A stretch of DNA of 64,000 nucleotides from Lingula anatina (taxonomy: Eukaryota; Animalia; Brachiopoda): NCBI GenBank assembly GCA_051362555.1, contig CM120643.1, positions 16,930,848 to 16,994,847 on the forward strand, written 5' to 3'. Both the position numbers and the translations under genes were made by a program. The notes under the pieces are model-generated. The model had not been told where the DNA came from. It was given only the letters and a program-made list of their open reading frames with translations, and made no database searches. Positions 58,973-64,000 of the stretch are shown here, in pieces (positions within the stretch are counted from its first letter, which is position 1; every line of letters begins with the position of its first letter).

Positions 58973-60628
58973 TATATACAGAGACTGTTTAATAAATGAA
59001 ACATTTAACTGTCTAGTAACACTGTGAACCAGACATCATCAAGGCCATAAAAACATGGTGAAAATATTATATCTGTTGCTCTAAATACACCAAATGAACA
59101 AAGAAATACCACATGAGGTGTCTCACTACATGACAAGGTCACAATGACATTAAGTCCATCAACTGTGAATGGTAACAAAAATTTATAGAAATAAAATATC
59201 TAAGGCATGGTACTGCAAGTATTGTTGATTTTGATTCAGAATACACTGTGGCAAAATTATATAATACTGTTGTATAGTTGCTTAAAAAAATGCAATGTTG
59301 CAGCAATGAAAAAAAAATACAAATTTGATTCCACTTCCTGGATTACCTTATACATGTCTGCTTTTACAAAAAAAAAAAAAAAAAAAAAAAAAAATCACCT
59401 GTCACACCAAGCTCAAATGCTACATAGAAATGCCATTATTTTCACCTATAATACCCAGTGTCCTTACATTCAGAATAAGTAAAACAGACTTGAAGAAATA
59501 TAGTGTTCAAACACTGTCAACCTAATTTCCAATGTACATAACTCTCTTTTATGCAATAATCCCTTGGCAATTCTGATCAAAATTGCCATAAGAGCACTAA
59601 TCTATATGCCGCAGTCCTCCACTTTCAAAACCTGCATTGTCACTTGAGTAAAAACATTGTTATCTGTGACTTTTAAATGCCCCTTTCACACCCGATCCAC
59701 TATTGTGAGAGGAACAGACGTCAATCGTTAATATTCTAGTCTGCTGTCACTGTACAAACACGACAACACACTATTCTGACACACTATTTCACCAGTTCAA
59801 ATGTATAGCACTAGAGGACACTTGATGTTGTAAGTTTAAACACTATGAAGAAATCTTGATCTTACAATTTTGAGCTTCATTTTCTACATGTCTCAGACTC
59901 CCACCCTGCGTCTTACCCATGATCCAATTTGAAATGTGGGCAGATTTCAGCTGTTCATCTACGGAGTTCTTCTGCTTGTCATACAGACACCACTAAAGGC
60001 CAAACATCAATTATCACTCCTGTCAAACTCGTGTCTTACCAACAAGAGATTCTCTCATCCACCAAAATCCAAGCCACTGAAAACTTAACCAATGAATCCG
60101 TCTTACCTGACACCTGAGTCAAACCAATAATGCGACCAGATCAATAAAAACAAGCCAAAATGTCACCGCAAGTCCCCAGCCCTTCTGTGTCACCCAACTG
60201 TCTGTGTCACCAAACTCCCTTCCAGTTCAATACTCAGCAGTGTGCACCCCGATGACACTACAATAACAACAACAATAACTCTGTTCCTCTTTGATGTCCT
60301 GCTGTGTCAACACATTAGCCTGGACTACACACACAGTGTTGAAACAATGCCGCGTGATATACAGATACAAAGCACATCCTGCCACCAGTGCGTGAGTTGA
60401 GAAACGCTATAGGGGTTGCACCTTGGGTGTTAATGAATAATCTTTTTTTTAAGCATGTGTATGTATATGTGTGACAATCCAGTGGGCGACCTAGAAAATT
60501 GTTAAATGTGACTCAGCTGGTATTGGATTTAAAATTCCAACAGGTTACAAACACTAGCACATAATTCTTGCATATGCATTTTTTTTCTTCCCAATTTTTA
60601 TACTTCCCAACAATCTCCCCCCCCCCCA

Positions 60629-60630
<2 letters not shown>

Positions 60631-60662
<32 letters not shown>

Positions 60663-60670
60663 AGAGAGAG
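60631..60670 (+). repeat. Compound (AC)n(AG)n microsatellite
   Basis: Direct read. Confidence 0.95.
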
Positions 60671-63600
60671 TAACTTGCCTTTGCAACTGCATTAAAACTG
60701 CGCCTTGGCCTTGCACATAATCTCTTAATTTCCACACCTTTGACAAATTTGGCAAGCTGCTAAATGGTAATCCATAGATCCACCAGAAGAGACCATCTCC
60801 TGCTGTGCTTTATACAACACTTTTGCAGCCTTTTTAAAACTGGGACAAAATTTTTTTAAAACAAAGATTCCTGGCACCACAACCAGAGCCTAAAAAATGC
60901 GTGGGAATTTGAAAACAAACTTCAATTACCTGGTCATTTTGGCAATCCTCGGGTCATGTACATCCACCTTGACCATCGATCACCAACTAGGCAATTTGCC
61001 GAGCTCCACTTCCTATCAATGGATTACACAATGAGACCCAAAGTTCCAAAGAAAACGGCCCTTGTAACCCCCCCCCTCTACATTTGTGACTTTGGGAAAT
61101 TGGCGCTAGGTTTTCCTTTGCTGTTTGTATTGTAACACAAAACGTGTGTATTTAGGCCCTTCATGCTCTCATTGACTCGGAGCAGTGGTGGACGAAAAAC
61201 TTCTGTGATGAAACAAATGCTGTATTTTCACCGGAACCAATACTTGGGAAAATAGATGAATAGAGTTTAATTGAAAAGCCCTCTAACTCTTCATTATCGA
61301 GCATTATACTCTGGCTCTGAGGCAATTACGGACACTTTTTTCATAGCTGGGAGGGCGATAAGTGTAAAAACATCAATGGAACAGCTAAAATTGGCAATTG
61401 GCTATGGGCCACCAAATTTTCAGCCTGGCCAATAAATTTTAGATATAGAATGGTACATTATGTAGGTGGTAAATAATGCTTTTCTCCCATACATAATCAA
61501 CAAGACTGACCCAAAGAAAAAAATTGAATTTCTTCCTTTACTGGCACATAAGGAGGACTGACTGTAATATCAATCTTACATCACGCTTTTTCAACAGACT
61601 TTCTATTTATAAATCATTATAGCTGTGAAAGCATTCAAGTTTTCTTTCCATTTTTCTTTTCTCAATAATTCTGCAAGCAGGGGGGATTTGATTTCCTATT
61701 CTTGTTACTGGCGCCATACACCGGGTGGTAGAAATACCAGAATGCTCACTTCCATTTTTTAAATAAACAAAATGTAAAAGAGAATAAAGAAATAAAAATG
61801 ACAAAAATCTAGCAAGGTACCGTGAAAATTAAAATGAGAATTTCTCTTTTTTAACTTTTTTTATCACCAAAAGATCATTAGCAATTCTTTTCTCTCGGTT
61901 GACTATCATCAAATTACAATCAGTAATACCATCAAAAACCCCTGCCAATTTTTATTCTATTTGATCAATTTCAAAGTCTAGCTGATTAAACAAAAAATAA
62001 AGGTCACTCAAAAGTTCCCTGCACCAGAACAATAGAGCAGAAAGAAAACCGAGCCAGAAAGCACTTGCTGACTTTGCGGTCAGGTGACAACATTAGTGTA
62101 GATTGTACCTGAAATATCAAAGTGTCAAGTTGCCCACAAGTTCAGTTTCCTAAATAAAGTATCAAAGGAAGTGTCATATCCAACACAGGATTTCACAGCG
62201 GGGGAATCAAGTTTATGGTGTCCATCAAAGCAAACTTGTATTTGTCTTTCCATCGCTGCAACAACTAAGTGTCACAGGTTCCCCATTCCCGTGGAAGGAA
62301 AGACAAAACAGTCATGGCAATACACATGCCTTTTCGCTAGAACCTACACATTTCCATTGTCGTGCACTACTGCAATTTTACGTTAACATGGGCAAGGCAT
62401 GCCAACGGGAATACAACATGCATAAAGGACACCCGAGACCTTGACTTATATCAAATCTGCTTCATTAACCGCACCAATGGTTCCATTGGTCATACCTCTC
62501 TCGGACCACTGACCAGTTGCTCTTGGATGGCCACTGGTTTCTTAAGGGTCATCCCACTTCGATGACCTCAGTAAAGAAGCTGAATTCCATCAGGGGGGGC
62601 AGTAGTATATTCAACTTCTATCCAATACGCCACACTGATCAGCTATGCCCAACAGTTATGTTTCTAAGGTTTAAACTCTGCTGATCTGGATAAAATGGTC
62701 TTTAAAGCCCCGTATTTATCAGCTTTTGTGACTCTTTGCCTGTTGGGCATATAAGGCACTTTAAGGGGGGTATATATGCGGTATATTCTCTCTGTATTAA
62801 TTCGATGAAAAGAAGATGTAATTATCGTGAAATTCTCCACAGTCAAAGTCATAATAGTGTAACAGGCACCACAGTGCCCTAGAGAGTACCACCTGATACT
62901 TCTTCTAATTTGTCAAAGAAACGTAATAAGCCAGAAATATTTAGAATTTCTATTGAGACCAATGGAAGGCATCTAGCATGGGCATAAGTGCCAATATGGT
63001 CTTTAACTGCTTTTAAATCACTGTTTAATATCTTTTCCTAATTAACTTATTGATTTCATAATGACAGATTAGATTTTAAATTTTGGACATTACTTACTTG
63101 CTGTTCATTCAGTTCTCACCATTCTGCTCAATACCATGACCAGATAATCTGCAACATTTCCAAAGACAATGACTAATATTCCGCAATGAAATATTCATTC
63201 AAACATGATGACTAGACAAGGGAAAAACTTCTTTCCCTTTCAAGTCTGTCACCAAAAAATGTTAAGAACTTGATGAATAACAAAAGAGACCCCAAGAGTC
63301 AGTTACAATCACACACACAAAAGCTACCTGCCTCAGGTATTAAACTGGGGAGATTGACATTTACGAGGTTCTGGGTTTATCCCACATTTGCCGACCTCTC
63401 AAAATTGGCAATTATGAGAGAGGGGTCAAGGACAAAGTCAACAAGCTGCAAACTTCTTGCTTGTTTTTCTCAAAAGATGAAGCCATGTCCGGGCAATTAA
63501 AACTCCCTTATCCAGACAGATGTTATATCAATAAATTTGCTATTAAATCTCAGGAGCTATTAGCCAAAGGTATAAAAGGATTCAAGAAATAGCGTCCAGA

Positions 63601-64000
63601 TTAAATTGTCCACATATAACCATGTCATGACTTTTAAACTGAAACTTTGCAGTGCCTAAAAATGTCAAATGTCACAGAGTTACTCAAATTTGCAATGTCA
63701 TTTTCACTACTCAGTCTTATGAGTGTTGAAAATTTCTGAAGTGCACCAAGTATGTTGCAAACCTAACTTTCAAGGTTTATAATTAAACAAATATCACTAT
63801 ATGTGTAAATTCTAGGCATCCATTTGAACAGCCCAGAGGGTTTTCTCAGGATTCAAGAGAGCCAAATGTTGCTATGGAAAGGGTTCACTGAAAATCAAAA
63901 TTTTAGCTCGGAACTTTGTCATTTCCCCAAGTTAGTAAAGTAAGGGGAATTAAGGTTGACTTTTTTCTTAACAAAAAGGTCCCTCTCCCCTTGGATTGCA

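Noticed and set aside
62755-62785. Minus-strand TAC CCC CCT resembling the YPPF motif of the PLEKHG4 N-terminus
   Set aside because: Immediately followed by TAA in that frame; no surrounding similarity.

Overview
AT-rich, intron-containing metazoan genomic DNA (probably an invertebrate such as a mollusc; inferred from repeat types, not proven). Three spliced protein-coding genes can be reconstructed exon by exon with consistent GT-AG phases: (1) COG7 on the minus strand (ATG 5715, runs off the left edge), (2) a complete TANGO6/TMCO7 on the plus strand (6585-13638), head-to-head with COG7 across a very short shared promoter, and (3) a large puratrophin-1/PLEKHG4-like Sec14-spectrin-DH-PH RhoGEF on the minus strand (stop 15268, exons to at least 55714), tail-to-tail with TANGO6. 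The most striking non-genic feature is a 5.6 kb non-autonomous Helentron-type (HINE/DINE-1-like) element (about 39792-45436) in the 16.9 kb RhoGEF intron. It has perfect 14 bp subterminal inverted repeats and terminal hairpins, and carries a higher-order satellite (22 x 146 bp monomers interrupted by 5 x ~345 bp blocks). Twenty monomers hold a perfect AAAAGTAGGTCAAAGGTCA nuclear-receptor element (RORE plus DR1). The RhoGEF introns also hold two MITEs, local duplications, a dense TGACA motif cluster and several phase-compatible candidate alternative first exons. No CRISPR, tRNA or rRNA was seen. All coordinates and counts were read by hand; functional claims are hypotheses.
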